Source: a virus. Taken from it: a stretch of 64,000 bases of DNA. The position numbers and the translations under genes are program-made. The stretch lies in the IMG/VR virus record IMGVR_UViG_3300042691_020142, positions 7,111 through 71,110 of that record; one strand, 5' to 3'. The notes under the pieces are model-generated. The model did not search any database. It saw only the letters and a program-made list of their open reading frames with translations, and was not told the origin of the DNA. This document shows, piece after piece, positions 44,582 to 56,277 of the stretch. The number at the start of each line of letters is the position of its first letter. The stretch's first letter is position 1.

Positions 44582-44674
44582 AATCTTTTCTCAAGCCAAT
44601 GGGTATTTCACCATAGAACCAATTTTATTGGTCACTATTTTTGAATTGATTATAATTATTTATCTTATTTTTAC

Positions 44675-47600
44675 TTATTTTATCGGCGATTCTTGAGTAT
44701 CACAGCATTTAGATGTAGCAGATCCATATGTATTCGTTGAAGCGTAAATATACTCTCTCGGGTATTTACTTTCAAGTTCGGAATATGTTATCGGATTAAT
44801 GTTGCAAATTCTTATTACTGGCAAACTTAAGTTGTAACATGACATAGCTTTCCAAGACCAACAAAAAACTCCATCACAACCAGTATTGATATTGTCTAAT
44901 GTTTGAGTAGTATTTAATATTCTTACGTCTTTTATATTTAAGAAATCTTTTAGTATTAAAAGAGCATCATATAATTCTTCTAACTCTCTGTTAAAAACTT
45001 GTGGGGTATGAAATTCATTAACAGCAACTCCCAAACTTTCATTTTCTATTTTTTCAGAAAAAACAGGTCTGTTTTGGTATGAAACTGGATATAATGAAAA
45101 ATATTCTATAGTACCAGCATCGGTTTGTTCGGTTACTATTACAAATCTAGAATCTAAAGTGTCTCTGAAAGATTTAATATTTTGAGCTAATCTATTTAAA
45201 GATCTATTGTATGTAATATCATCTGGAAATTCATCAATTGATAATAATAATTGATCTCTTGTCCAATATTTATATGGTAATCCATCTCCAATTTTAAATA
45301 TACTTAAAATATCATGAAATTTTAATATGCTGTGAGTTGTACATAATACTATAGATCTATCATTAGAATATTTTGCAGAAGAATAAAATAAATTATTATC
45401 ATTTGGTATAATAACTTGATTTATAAATGTTCCTGCCGTTGTGTATTTGTATAGATTTTTAGAATTTAAAATATAAAAGAAATCTCCAGATTCATCAAAA
45501 AAGATTTTAATCAATGGATAACCATCTTTTATAAAAGAAACGTCTAATGTTTCAAAAACATCAGATTTAAAATAATCAAATATATATACTTTATAACTTT
45601 CTGTTAATACATACACTAAAAGTGTTTTTGGATGAACTGTTATATTTATTGGTTGATCGTTTTCAAAATCTTCGCTATAATAAGTGAACATCCAGTTTAA
45701 GTCTTTTGTATATTGTTTTACACATCTATTATTATAATCTAAAATAAAAACAATATCATTTTCTGTTACTACTTCAGTTGGAGAATGGAATTTATTTGTA
45801 TCTTCTAATTGTCCTAAATTTCCTATACTCAATTGTATGTTAATCTGCGCTGGATATGTTTCAAAATCTACGTTTAATTTATATACTTTATTTTTTAAAG
45901 TATCACATATATAAATGTTTTCTCCAGTACTATCACAATCTATAGATATTGGATTTATTAAAAGAGAATTTATTTCGTTAATATTTTCAAATTCTATTTC
46001 TTGTGGTATTTTATCAGAAGAAAAAGCTCTAAAATTAGTTCCGTCTATAGTATATATTTTATCTTTTAAAACCACTAAATCTTTTAAATCATTAAAATAT
46101 GAAAATTTATTTTTTAACGTTTGGTCTTCTTCGTTTTCCAATGAAATTGCATTATTTAAACTATTGATATAATCTTTATTATAATTTAATGTATGCCAAG
46201 TTATACCGGATGCTTTTTCACTACTATTATTTCCCAACCAACCATAAAATAATGTTGGAGTATCAGTATTCATGGTTTGGGAGTTGTAAATCAAATAATC
46301 TAAATTATCTTGAAGTCTGGATATTGCTGTATTGAAAATATCAGCATCGCCCCATTCATTTGGTTGTATTTTAATTTGATCTAAATCGTAAGTATCTTCA
46401 CTTTCATCTCCAAAATTTAAAGTTATTTCACTCAATAATCTTATTTTTTGTTGCTCATATACCGGCCAATTATTATATATAATAATTGGTGTTTCAGATT
46501 TAAAGAAATTGGTAGTTCCGTCGTTATAATAAACATTATAAGATAACATAAACGCACCTTCTTTTAAGTATGTTTTATAATATTTTTGATCGTCTACTAT
46601 TCTAGCTGATAATCCATCCCCAAAATATAAATCATATGCAGTTATTTTATAGTTATATGAATTTTCTGGAGTTTCAAATTGAAAACATATATCTTCTCCG
46701 GTTACAGAATAATAAGAAGATACGAAAAATTTAGGTTTAACACTAGTGCTATAAGCTATTAAAGTTATAGGATTTGATATTGATAAATTTTGAGATATAT
46801 CACTCCATAATTTTGTTTCTCCTGTATATGTTGCTGTTACATTTCTGAACGTGGTTTCTGGTATAGTAACAGGAGTAGTTGCATATGCACTTAATAATAA
46901 AGTTGTGATTTCATTATCTTTTATGTTTAATGGTATTGATGGATCTCCTATTCTTAATATAAAAAGATCATATATACCACTAATAGGAGAAACGTCAGTT
47001 GTAGCTTCCCAGTATTTACATGATAGTTTATATACAACATTTCCATTTAAAAATTCTTCAACTCCTCGTATTGGGCTTTGAGAACTGTTAATTGGGAAAA
47101 ATGATTGACTAGTTGTTATGAAAATATTTTCGTCTAAATTTATAGAAGTTACATTTGATGAAAATGTCATGGACAAGCTATCATATGGAACTATTTTAGG
47201 TGATTGTAAAAAATTATCTCTTCCATTTAAATAAACAGAACTGAAAGGTAATGTGCTTGTTGTTATATTAAATGTTCCATTGTATAATACGTTTCCAGAA
47301 CTTAATCCGACATAATTAATTCCATTGTATTTTGGAAATTTTTCATTATAAGCACTTAAAAATATTGGCGTTCCTACATTGCTATATAATTGTTGGTGAT
47401 ATGGTATTTCTAAACTACCAGAAAAACTATCAAGCAAAGTTAAAAATATTTTTGAATCGCTGTAATAATATTCATAATCCGTAAATGATCTATCAGAAGA
47501 TGATACTAAAAAGTTTTGACTGTTTGATAATTTGCCATAGTATGCTGTTGGGGCATTAGCTAATGTATAATTTGTATTATTTAATAATGTAATTAACCCA

Positions 47601-50524
47601 CTATTGTTTTGTAACCAAGTATAAGGTGGATATAATAAAAAGTTAATTTTTTTACTCAATGTAGCAGAAGGAACCGTAAAAATAGTTAATGTAGTTGCCA
47701 AGTTATTAGCTATAGACCAACCTTTGATAGTAGCTTTTTCTGCGCTTAAAGTTATAGTAGTTTTAGTTGAATTTTGTGGTATTGTAAATGATATATTTTT
47801 ATTTGTTAAATAATTTAAAGATGAAAAATATCCATTATCAGAAGATATAAACCACGTTATAGATTTAGCCGAAAGTGTTGGTAAAATATCAGTATTTGAT
47901 ATAAATCTAAAATTATTTACGTCTTCTTTTGGTCTTGTAATTACATACTTTTCATCTCTTGTATTAGAAATATCTACTCCGGTATATGCAGAATAAACCG
48001 TTTTAAAATCAACATTGAATATTGATTTATCTGGATAATCATTTAGATATAAAAATAATTCTCCACTGACAAGATAATCTTTATTATTTGAAAATAAGTT
48101 AATTTGAAGCTCATTTGAATCAAATGAATTATCATTATCTTCTAAATAAACCTTAAAGGAAATAGTTGATATATCATCAGATGATAATACACTACCATAT
48201 TCATACACTGAACCGTCAGTTTTAAATGCAGTTATTGGCATTGTTGATGGATTTGAATTTCCATTATATGTCCATTTCCAATATATTGGTGTATCAGAAG
48301 GAATATCAAAAGTAGATTTTCCATATAATACTTTCGATGAAACTGAAAAATTAGTTGTTTTTTCGATATTTGAAAAATCTGAATTATATAAAACAAAAGT
48401 TTTATCTTTAAAAAAATCAAAATATATTGGATTGGTTAATAATTTAGCTACTTCTTCATATTTAAAAGATTCCAAATTTATAGTTAGGATATCGCTACCG
48501 TACCCCGAAAACATAACCGTATTAGTAAATTCGTTAAATGGTATTATTTGACCATTAGAAAAAATATTTGGAATTAAATCTGAACTAACATTTGATGTTA
48601 ATGTTGGTGTAAATTGATTATAATCAACTCCCGCTATTGTAACTGGTAAATTAGTTGGAGTATAAGACCATCTTATAAAAGAATTTGTTAAATCTCTGCA
48701 TGGTAAAACAGAAGTTGATGATAATTTAGCGCAACTTACTATTATTTGATTATCAGTTTCTGATCTTAATTCGATTTCAATCGGAAACCCAACAACTTGA
48801 CTGGTTTTACCTTCGGAAAAAACTAAACTTACTAGTGATTTAGAATCTAATGTTGTACATACTGAGCTTAAAGTTGCTTTAAAATTAAGATTTAATTGTC
48901 CAAAAATTTCTTTTGGATATGTTATTAATAAATTTTCAGCCGAAGCAGCTGGAACATAAGGAGAATTTACTAAATCATAATAAACATTTGAATTTGGACC
49001 ATAAAAACATGATAAAGTTTTAGTTATTATATCATCCACATATAAACATTTAAATGATATAAAATCATTATTTGCATATGTAGACAAATTTAAATCTAAA
49101 AAATTATAATCACTTGTTATTTTTGTTTTTAATTTATAAGCAGAATAGCTTACCGAGTTTGTTGTTAGTGATTCTGAAGATACTGGTTGAATAGATGATT
49201 TATATTTTTCAGTTATTCCCGTTGATAAATAAAAATTTAACGTTGCGGTATCACCACTAAACGTTGAATTGTTAGAATATGAAACTTTGAAAGTATAATA
49301 ATGAGGAGGATAAGTTAAATTCCAAGTTTTAGATGTGTTTGTTGTTATTGATGTTGAATTATTTCCCGTTCCAACAGAAACATCATTGAAAAATTTATCA
49401 CCTTCTACGATATAACTAACCGCTAAACTAGAATCTGGATATCCACTTACTAAAGGAACTATATTTCCATTCCAATCTGTTAGTGTTTTAGATTCATATT
49501 TAATATAACCAGTAGTTAAATTCCAAAATACTGTTTGTATAGAATTTAAAACGTTTTCAAGAGCGTAAGCCGCACTTATACTACTTTGTAATAGTTGAAA
49601 AGTTTGAGTTCCTAAATTGTTTGTTATGTTTTGATTTAAAATGAAACTGGATCTCAAATCTTTTTTGATTAATGGGTTAAATTCTGGTAATGATTGACCC
49701 AAAGCTCTTAATTCATATTTGTTTACATCTACATCACCATAAAATAATGTATTATATGTTATAAACGTAGATTCCGGTCTTATTCTTAAACCTCTTCTAT
49801 TATAAAATTCATCTAATATATAATAATAAGTATAAGGATTATATCTTTCTGAAAATTTTATTAATTCTTTTTCTCTTACTGTCTTGAAAGAACTTAAGGT
49901 ATATATTAAAGTTCCTGTAGCTGGAAGAGATTCAAATGATGTTGGGGGTGTACTTCTTTTTAAATAAGAATCGGTGTAAGCCAAATCTTCAACAAAAGTA
50001 TCGTAGTATTGAATTATAGAAGAACTTACTAATTTAGTTTGTGTTGTTAATGTATAATTAGTATCAGAAATTTTAGTTACGTTTGTTGGCTGTAATATTA
50101 ATTTTGTTGGATATATCGAATATGCAAAATACATATTTGGATTGTTAGTATCGTATAAAGGAGATGCTATTTTTTTATCTTTAATAAAGAAAAAATTAAA
50201 TATATATCCAGAATCTATATCTCTTAAATTATTAGGATTCCATGTAAAAAATGTTGGAGTTGCAGATGATGAACTTAATACATAATAAAAATCATCATCT
50301 AATTGATAATCACCATTTGTATATGTAAAATTAGGAATGTTATATTCGGTTAATAGTTTATTTAAACCTACTGTTGGGCTTTCAAAATATCTAAAAATGT
50401 TAAATGCTTGGAGTTCTAACGGTAAAATTCCAATTTTTACGGTATTAAAAAAATCAGGAGTTATTTTGTAAGATTCGGATGGCCAAGAACCACTTCTTTC
50501 AAATGAAAACCCATTATTTGTCAT
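44675..50524 (-). CDS. Giant baseplate/tail-associated protein (beta-rich, PKD-like, NHL-type propeller)
   Basis: YFGDG; NPISIDCDSTGENIYICDT, FHSPTEV, ILDYNNRCVK NHL-like repeats; Cys-containing tail. Confidence 0.65.
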   Translation of the reverse strand: MTNNGFSFERSGSWPSESYKITPDFFNTVKIGILPLELQAFNIFRYFESPTVGLNKLLTEYNIPNFTYTNGDYQLDDDFYYVLSSSSATPTFFTWNPNNLRDIDSGYIFNFFFIKDKKIASPLYDTNNPNMYFAYSIYPTKLILQPTNVTKISDTNYTLTTQTKLVSSSIIQYYDTFVEDLAYTDSYLKRSTPPTSFESLPATGTLIYTLSSFKTVREKELIKFSERYNPYTYYYILDEFYNRRGLRIRPESTFITYNTLFYGDVDVNKYELRALGQSLPEFNPLIKKDLRSSFILNQNITNNLGTQTFQLLQSSISAAYALENVLNSIQTVFWNLTTGYIKYESKTLTDWNGNIVPLVSGYPDSSLAVSYIVEGDKFFNDVSVGTGNNSTSITTNTSKTWNLTYPPHYYTFKVSYSNNSTFSGDTATLNFYLSTGITEKYKSSIQPVSSESLTTNSVSYSAYKLKTKITSDYNFLDLNLSTYANNDFISFKCLYVDDIITKTLSCFYGPNSNVYYDLVNSPYVPAASAENLLITYPKEIFGQLNLNFKATLSSVCTTLDSKSLVSLVFSEGKTSQVVGFPIEIELRSETDNQIIVSCAKLSSTSVLPCRDLTNSFIRWSYTPTNLPVTIAGVDYNQFTPTLTSNVSSDLIPNIFSNGQIIPFNEFTNTVMFSGYGSDILTINLESFKYEEVAKLLTNPIYFDFFKDKTFVLYNSDFSNIEKTTNFSVSSKVLYGKSTFDIPSDTPIYWKWTYNGNSNPSTMPITAFKTDGSVYEYGSVLSSDDISTISFKVYLEDNDNSFDSNELQINLFSNNKDYLVSGELFLYLNDYPDKSIFNVDFKTVYSAYTGVDISNTRDEKYVITRPKEDVNNFRFISNTDILPTLSAKSITWFISSDNGYFSSLNYLTNKNISFTIPQNSTKTTITLSAEKATIKGWSIANNLATTLTIFTVPSATLSKKINFLLYPPYTWLQNNSGLITLLNNTNYTLANAPTAYYGKLSNSQNFLVSSSDRSFTDYEYYYSDSKIFLTLLDSFSGSLEIPYHQQLYSNVGTPIFLSAYNEKFPKYNGINYVGLSSGNVLYNGTFNITTSTLPFSSVYLNGRDNFLQSPKIVPYDSLSMTFSSNVTSINLDENIFITTSQSFFPINSSQSPIRGVEEFLNGNVVYKLSCKYWEATTDVSPISGIYDLFILRIGDPSIPLNIKDNEITTLLLSAYATTPVTIPETTFRNVTATYTGETKLWSDISQNLSISNPITLIAYSTSVKPKFFVSSYYSVTGEDICFQFETPENSYNYKITAYDLYFGDGLSARIVDDQKYYKTYLKEGAFMLSYNVYYNDGTTNFFKSETPIIIYNNWPVYEQQKIRLLSEITLNFGDESEDTYDLDQIKIQPNEWGDADIFNTAISRLQDNLDYLIYNSQTMNTDTPTLFYGWLGNNSSEKASGITWHTLNYNKDYINSLNNAISLENEEDQTLKNKFSYFNDLKDLVVLKDKIYTIDGTNFRAFSSDKIPQEIEFENINEINSLLINPISIDCDSTGENIYICDTLKNKVYKLNVDFETYPAQINIQLSIGNLGQLEDTNKFHSPTEVVTENDIVFILDYNNRCVKQYTKDLNWMFTYYSEDFENDQPINITVHPKTLLVYVLTESYKVYIFDYFKSDVFETLDVSFIKDGYPLIKIFFDESGDFFYILNSKNLYKYTTAGTFINQVIIPNDNNLFYSSAKYSNDRSIVLCTTHSILKFHDILSIFKIGDGLPYKYWTRDQLLLSIDEFPDDITYNRSLNRLAQNIKSFRDTLDSRFVIVTEQTDAGTIEYFSLYPVSYQNRPVFSEKIENESLGVAVNEFHTPQVFNRELEELYDALLILKDFLNIKDVRILNTTQTLDNINTGCDGVFCWSWKAMSCYNLSLPVIRICNINPITYSELESKYPREYIYASTNTYGSATSKCCDTQESPIK

Positions 50525-50556
50525 ATATAATATATTTAGAGTAAAAAATTAATTTA

Positions 50557-53500
50557 TCACTCTAATAAACCTAAACCTTTATATAATTCATATGAGAATA
50601 AAGTATCCATTATCCCACCATCTCTTATCCATTCGTGATGTGATGATAAATTTCTGTTTAATACGGTTTGATCGTTGTTCCAATCTATCATTCCGTCTAT
50701 GTAAACCTCATTTTTATATGGGATAAACTCGTAAAACTCATAAAAAACTTTCCAATCATCACCAAGATTTAATATTTCCGCTAAACCACTTAAATTATAT
50801 GTTGATATTCCTACATTTAAAGAACTTACAACTGAAAAATTATTAGAAAAATAATAACCAGTTTCTATTTTTTTATGATCGTTTAAACTTTTAGTTTTAA
50901 GTATAACCGGAACACCAGCTGTTACCATATAACTATCTGATTTTAATAATTTTCCTCTATTAAAATTATCATTTTTGTTGTATTTTTTAAAGTTAAAATT
51001 ATCTTCTAATGTAGATCCCCAAAGTTTAGATTGATTTATACTTAAAACATCCATTAATCTTCTTATTTCTAAAGGAAAATTTAATTTAAAATCATCTCCG
51101 TTTAAATCTACGGATTGTGATAAATCATATAATGTTTTAATGTCACATGTATCTACATCAGATTGATTTGAAACGAAATTTGATATTTTTTCATATAAAT
51201 TAACACCTAAATCATTATGTTCAAATGGGTATTTTCCATATATAGAAGATAAAAACGTATCAAATAAAAATTCTGATTTTTTAAGTTCTGGTTGAAAAGC
51301 TATACTTTTCATGTTACCCGCTAAATCATGATTTTGATTAATTTTAAAAAAATCAAAAGGATTTTTATCGTAAAAATTTAAATAATTTGTTTCTCCTGTT
51401 AATTGACGAGTATTACTTAAAAAATCTACTCTATCTATATATTTTAAAACCCATCTAAGACCAGTCCAATCTCCTTGTGCCTGTGCGGACTTTGACCAAT
51501 AATTAAATTCTAATTTTGTTGGTGAGTTTTCACCATAATTTTCATTTGAAAATAAAAAACCTTTTGGGTTTAAATGAAAATAATCTTTAATTTCCAAATT
51601 ATCTCCATCTACTATATAGATTTTATTTTCTATAGAATTTATAACATATATGTTATTTAAAGAATCTGTTGCTATTCCTTCTAATGCTGTTTCATCAGCA
51701 TTTTCATTTGGATTAAACCAGTCTGGAACATTATCAGAATATCCTCCAGAAGTTATCTTTAATTTTTTTTGTCTTCCGTTTATATTATTTATAGTTCCTA
51801 TCCAATGATAACCAAACGTAAACCAAGGATTTTCATACTTGTCTATTGTTAGATGATTGATGCTATTAAAGGGTCCGAACGAACTTAATAAAACTCCCTC
51901 AGAATTTCTTTTTTCTATAAAACTAGACATATGTCTAGATGCTAAAGGAGGTCTTAATTCATGATCTAGTGTAAATTGATCCCCAACAACCCAAATATTA
52001 TTGTATATATCACATTTGATTTCTTGCGGACTAGAACAAAGAGGATATGAAATAGTTTTTAAAACATTTCCATTCTTATCATATTTAACGATCCACCCAC
52101 TTAAAGGGCTAGAATAAGACATCCAAACATTATCTTCTCTGTCAGTATCAACACCAGTTGGTTCTATTAAATTTATATCATAGTCTTCATTATCATTATA
52201 AACATTAACAATATCATCGAAAAAATTTAAAAATGAACTGTTATTACCACCGCTTAAATCATATCCTATACTATTAATTGGAGATGATACAAATAATAAA
52301 TTCCCATTTTTATCAAACTTTAAAGATGATATGGTGTCATATAAAGTAACCCACATATTTTTATCACCATCTAATGCAATACATGCTGGTGATATTTGCC
52401 CGAATAATTTTTTGTTTACTAAAAATTCAAAGTTATTTTTATAAAAGATATCACTTAAATTTATAGTGGATAATAATTCTCCAGTGCAAGAAAATTTATA
52501 TATAATATTATTTTCAGAATCACACATCCAAGCTTGATAATCCGGAGCAGGAAGAGCAGCTATTGAATACACTCCATGAAATCCAGATAATGGGTGAACG
52601 TCTTGTAAAAATGATACGGTTGTTATTGGTTTTATAACAGGAACATCAAATGCTTTTATAAAAGAATTGTTTAAATTTTTACATGATAATTGATCGATCC
52701 AATCGTTTTTAAAATATTGTATAGATGCCGCCATTCCAGCTTCTGGATTAGAAACCCAAAATATTGGGTTATATAAATTTGAAGTTAATTTAGGAATATT
52801 GGTTATGGTTGCATTAGCTACTATTTTAACGTTTTTTGCTGAAACACTTTCAACTTCAAACGAACCTTTAAAATAACCAGCAGATTTAAATCCAGTTTCT
52901 TTATCCAAGAAGTTTATCTCTTGCGGAGATGGTGTAATATTTGCGCTTATACCACAAACCATAATATTTATAGTTTGGGTGTTTTCTTCATTATAAGGTA
53001 TGTAATGACAAAAATTAGATTCTGGATTATATAACTTTATTCCGTTTCCGTGGTTGAACTCAAAATTTATCTTATCATCAAAAACAAATTTTGTTATAAT
53101 AGGTTGTTTAGATAAAGACCATCTAGTATCAACATAACCCCTCAATCCGTTTTCTGTTATATCAATGTAATCTGGATATCTCCAGATAAAGACGTGAGGC
53201 ATAATCGCCATTGCTTTACTATTACTAAAACTCGGTAGATTTTCTCCGGTATTATAGCTATCATGAAAAGAATTTATCGCGCTTGTTTGTAAAGTAGCTA
53301 TTATCGTAGTGTATGGATCTCTATTTTCTATAGCGTCTATATTATAAAGATCATCAATCAAATAAAATTCCGCATATCCAGTTACTCCTACCGTGGTTCC
53401 ATTAGTGTCTAATAAACCATCTTTATCTATTTTAATTTCAGTATCTATGGTTTCTATAGATTCTATCTCGTTTCCATTTATATCTAAAAATCTCCACTCT

Positions 53501-53928
53501 GGTCTTAAAAAAGACCATTTATTTTTTGGTCTTTGATAAGCGTATGACTTTGAAAACTGAGTAGATAAATCTATTACGTGTTTTCCTACAGAAGATGACG
53601 TTATTTTAACTTTAAATGGATATTGATTATAGTGAGATGCAAATGTTGGTGGGGGAACCGTGTCAAAACGTATAGACTCTGTTAGAAATAATGATATGTT
53701 TATTGACGTGGTTAACGTGGTGAATGTGCCGTCGTTTTTATATGCATTTACTGTTACTTCATATGAATTTGGTTTATCATATGTATATGTTGGTGTCGGA
53801 ACTCTACTAAAATTTCCATCACCAAAATTCCACAAAAAGGTTTTATATTCGTTTAATATAGAATCGTCTAATTTAAATGTTAATGGAGTTGCTTTTGCGA
53901 ATCCAAAATTTTGTGAAATACTAATCAT
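50557..53928 (-). CDS. Baseplate wedge-associated protein (PKD + beta-propeller, gp7-like C-terminal region)
   Basis: LWNFGDG...PTYTY PKD; D.D.N.WV propeller repeats; KISNFV...DVDTCD..L..L; directly after gp6. Confidence 0.65.
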   Translation of the reverse strand: MISISQNFGFAKATPLTFKLDDSILNEYKTFLWNFGDGNFSRVPTPTYTYDKPNSYEVTVNAYKNDGTFTTLTTSINISLFLTESIRFDTVPPPTFASHYNQYPFKVKITSSSVGKHVIDLSTQFSKSYAYQRPKNKWSFLRPEWRFLDINGNEIESIETIDTEIKIDKDGLLDTNGTTVGVTGYAEFYLIDDLYNIDAIENRDPYTTIIATLQTSAINSFHDSYNTGENLPSFSNSKAMAIMPHVFIWRYPDYIDITENGLRGYVDTRWSLSKQPIITKFVFDDKINFEFNHGNGIKLYNPESNFCHYIPYNEENTQTINIMVCGISANITPSPQEINFLDKETGFKSAGYFKGSFEVESVSAKNVKIVANATITNIPKLTSNLYNPIFWVSNPEAGMAASIQYFKNDWIDQLSCKNLNNSFIKAFDVPVIKPITTVSFLQDVHPLSGFHGVYSIAALPAPDYQAWMCDSENNIIYKFSCTGELLSTINLSDIFYKNNFEFLVNKKLFGQISPACIALDGDKNMWVTLYDTISSLKFDKNGNLLFVSSPINSIGYDLSGGNNSSFLNFFDDIVNVYNDNEDYDINLIEPTGVDTDREDNVWMSYSSPLSGWIVKYDKNGNVLKTISYPLCSSPQEIKCDIYNNIWVVGDQFTLDHELRPPLASRHMSSFIEKRNSEGVLLSSFGPFNSINHLTIDKYENPWFTFGYHWIGTINNINGRQKKLKITSGGYSDNVPDWFNPNENADETALEGIATDSLNNIYVINSIENKIYIVDGDNLEIKDYFHLNPKGFLFSNENYGENSPTKLEFNYWSKSAQAQGDWTGLRWVLKYIDRVDFLSNTRQLTGETNYLNFYDKNPFDFFKINQNHDLAGNMKSIAFQPELKKSEFLFDTFLSSIYGKYPFEHNDLGVNLYEKISNFVSNQSDVDTCDIKTLYDLSQSVDLNGDDFKLNFPLEIRRLMDVLSINQSKLWGSTLEDNFNFKKYNKNDNFNRGKLLKSDSYMVTAGVPVILKTKSLNDHKKIETGYYFSNNFSVVSSLNVGISTYNLSGLAEILNLGDDWKVFYEFYEFIPYKNEVYIDGMIDWNNDQTVLNRNLSSHHEWIRDGGIMDTLFSYELYKGLGLLE

Positions 53929-53931
53929 ATC

Positions 53932-55731
53932 TTAAAAATCAGCAGCTTTAATTGAACCTGTTTTTTCGACTATATCTATTCTTGAGAATAAATTTGATAT
54001 ATTGTTAAATATTGGATATTTGAAGTTTTCCAATTGTATATTTTGAGAATGAACGGATGAATCCAATTCTGGATAAACTGAATTCCAAAATATAAAAGAT
54101 AAACCTTCAATATTTAAATCTACGTCGGTTCTATACGTTTGGATTCTATCTATACTTTCAATATTCAATATATCTGTAGAAATTTGATATATATCAATCA
54201 TTTGACCTAATTTGTTAACACTTCTATCAAAGTATGATTTAAAAACATTTTCTATGTCTTTTTTAATAGCCGAATCCGCCCTTCTGCTATTTAAAGATTT
54301 TGTTATTTTTATTCTAGTTAATTCTGATATGTCAGGAGATACGGTTTCGTTTTGTTTTTGTAAATAAAAATCAAGATATATATAAACCGGATCCATTGGT
54401 ACTATATGAGAAGTTAATATTTTATTTTCTTGTAGACCATTTATTATTATTTCTTTTTGAGGGGGTGTTATATATTCTTGAATTCCATTTTTAGGAACCA
54501 TATAAACGTATAAATTATTAAAATTACAACTTGTTGAAAATTTAATTTGATTAAAAAGTAAACGATTGTCTTTTTGTGGTTCATTTAAACCAATATCAAA
54601 AAGATATTTCATATAATTTTTTAAGAAATTTTCATTATTAACCACCTTTAAATCCGCTAAAAAAGAACTGTAATTTGAATTTAAATATGCTTCATAATCA
54701 GTAGATGTAACTAACCTATATTGAGATCTAAATGTTTTAGGTGCATTTTTTCTAATAGAATCTACATTTTCTTCGTCTGAAAATATTGTTGATGGATAAT
54801 CATTATCAATAGTAATATTTTTTAATTGATCTGTAGTTAAATAATTTTCATATATCGCTGAAGTATCATTTAAAACATTTACAAAATTAACAGAATTAAA
54901 AGATATTAAAGGAGAATTTCTTAATCCGTTTGGTCCTATTCCACTTACATTTTTATCAACTTTTAAAAAGTATATTAAAACGCTATCATTTTGATTTAAT
55001 TTTGATCCATTTATATCATCGCCGAATTTTATTTCGTATCTTTTATTTTCATTAAATCTAACTTCATATACTTCATCTTTCGAGTTGAATAAAAATAATT
55101 CAGAGCATCTTGTCCATTTTTCCCATTTGTTATTATTAGATCTTTTTACATATACATCTATATTGAAATGATCTATATAGATGTTTTCTGGTAATGCTAA
55201 ATAAACTATTTCATTGTCCATACCAGTAGCATTATATATAGGATATTCTTGATATATTCCTTGATAAATTAAATATGTGTTTGCTATATTTTCTATCACT
55301 TCATTTCCACTGGTAAATTTAGTAAATGTTAAATCTTGATTGATAGAATATGTAGTTCCGCCTACTGATATGTAACTATATCTAGGTATAGTATAGTTTG
55401 CGGCTGGTAGTGTAGATGGCGCTGTAATTTTATAAGGTACGTTTTGACCTAATCTACCAACAGGATTATAGTTTAGTGTTTTAACTATCCTGTTCATGTT
55501 TTCATATATTTGAGACTCGGAAAACATGCTTTCTGAAGATGTTTTGTTTAAATAATAAAGTAAAGTTCCAAAAGTAAAACTTATAACATCTAACAAAGAT
55601 GATAAATTTGATCCTTGATAGTTTTGATCTGTAAAAACTTTTCCTCTATTTAACCTATCAATCACCAAATCTCTTAGACTTAGAGCATCAAATGAAAGAT
55701 AAGAGTTTTTATTTAAAAGATTATTGTCCAT
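53932..55731 (-). CDS. gp6: Baseplate wedge subunit, T4 gp6-like
   Basis: FTDQNYQGSNLS.LLDV, LNYNP, YEIKFGD, ENVDSIRKNAP..F.SQYRLVT..DY. Confidence 0.9.
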   Translation of the reverse strand: MDNNLLNKNSYLSFDALSLRDLVIDRLNRGKVFTDQNYQGSNLSSLLDVISFTFGTLLYYLNKTSSESMFSESQIYENMNRIVKTLNYNPVGRLGQNVPYKITAPSTLPAANYTIPRYSYISVGGTTYSINQDLTFTKFTSGNEVIENIANTYLIYQGIYQEYPIYNATGMDNEIVYLALPENIYIDHFNIDVYVKRSNNNKWEKWTRCSELFLFNSKDEVYEVRFNENKRYEIKFGDDINGSKLNQNDSVLIYFLKVDKNVSGIGPNGLRNSPLISFNSVNFVNVLNDTSAIYENYLTTDQLKNITIDNDYPSTIFSDEENVDSIRKNAPKTFRSQYRLVTSTDYEAYLNSNYSSFLADLKVVNNENFLKNYMKYLFDIGLNEPQKDNRLLFNQIKFSTSCNFNNLYVYMVPKNGIQEYITPPQKEIIINGLQENKILTSHIVPMDPVYIYLDFYLQKQNETVSPDISELTRIKITKSLNSRRADSAIKKDIENVFKSYFDRSVNKLGQMIDIYQISTDILNIESIDRIQTYRTDVDLNIEGLSFIFWNSVYPELDSSVHSQNIQLENFKYPIFNNISNLFSRIDIVEKTGSIKAADF

Positions 55732-55745
55732 TATTAATAATTATC

Positions 55746-56252
55746 TTAAATTAAGATTTCTCCTCCCCTTAATGCTAATATATTTAATACATTTTCTTTA
55801 GTTATATCTAAAAAAGAATATACAACTAAAATTTGATACTGATTTTCGTCTGGTTGAGGAACAACTTTAATTTTTTGAACTCTAATTCTTGGTTCAAAAT
55901 TTTCGATATCGTTTAAAATTTCTTGACCTATCATTCTTGCATATACTTCACTAACAGGCTCAAAAAGATATTGTTCCAAAGATGAACCAAATTCCGGTGC
56001 TAATATTTTTTCTCCTTTTTTTGTTGTTAATATATTTCTTACAGAATTTTTAACCGCTAAAATATCATTATCAACTCTTATATCTTTAGAATCTGTAGTA
56101 TTTTTACCCAATCCAATATTTTTTAATAATTGAAGATCAAGATGTAAATCTGTATATACTGAATCTGTATCTACAACTTCTTCATATACCTTAGTATCTG
56201 GAGAATTAACTTGTTTTGGTCTTACTAAATTATTTAAATCGATTTTAGCCAT
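55746..56252 (-). CDS. gp25: Baseplate wedge subunit, T4 gp25-like
   Basis: YTDL, AVKNSVRNILTTKKGEK..PEFGS.L..YLFEP, FEPRI. Confidence 0.92.
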   Translation of the reverse strand: MAKIDLNNLVRPKQVNSPDTKVYEEVVDTDSVYTDLHLDLQLLKNIGLGKNTTDSKDIRVDNDILAVKNSVRNILTTKKGEKILAPEFGSSLEQYLFEPVSEVYARMIGQEILNDIENFEPRIRVQKIKVVPQPDENQYQILVVYSFLDITKENVLNILALRGGEILI

Positions 56253-56277
56253 TTTGAGTGTAAATACTTATAGTATT

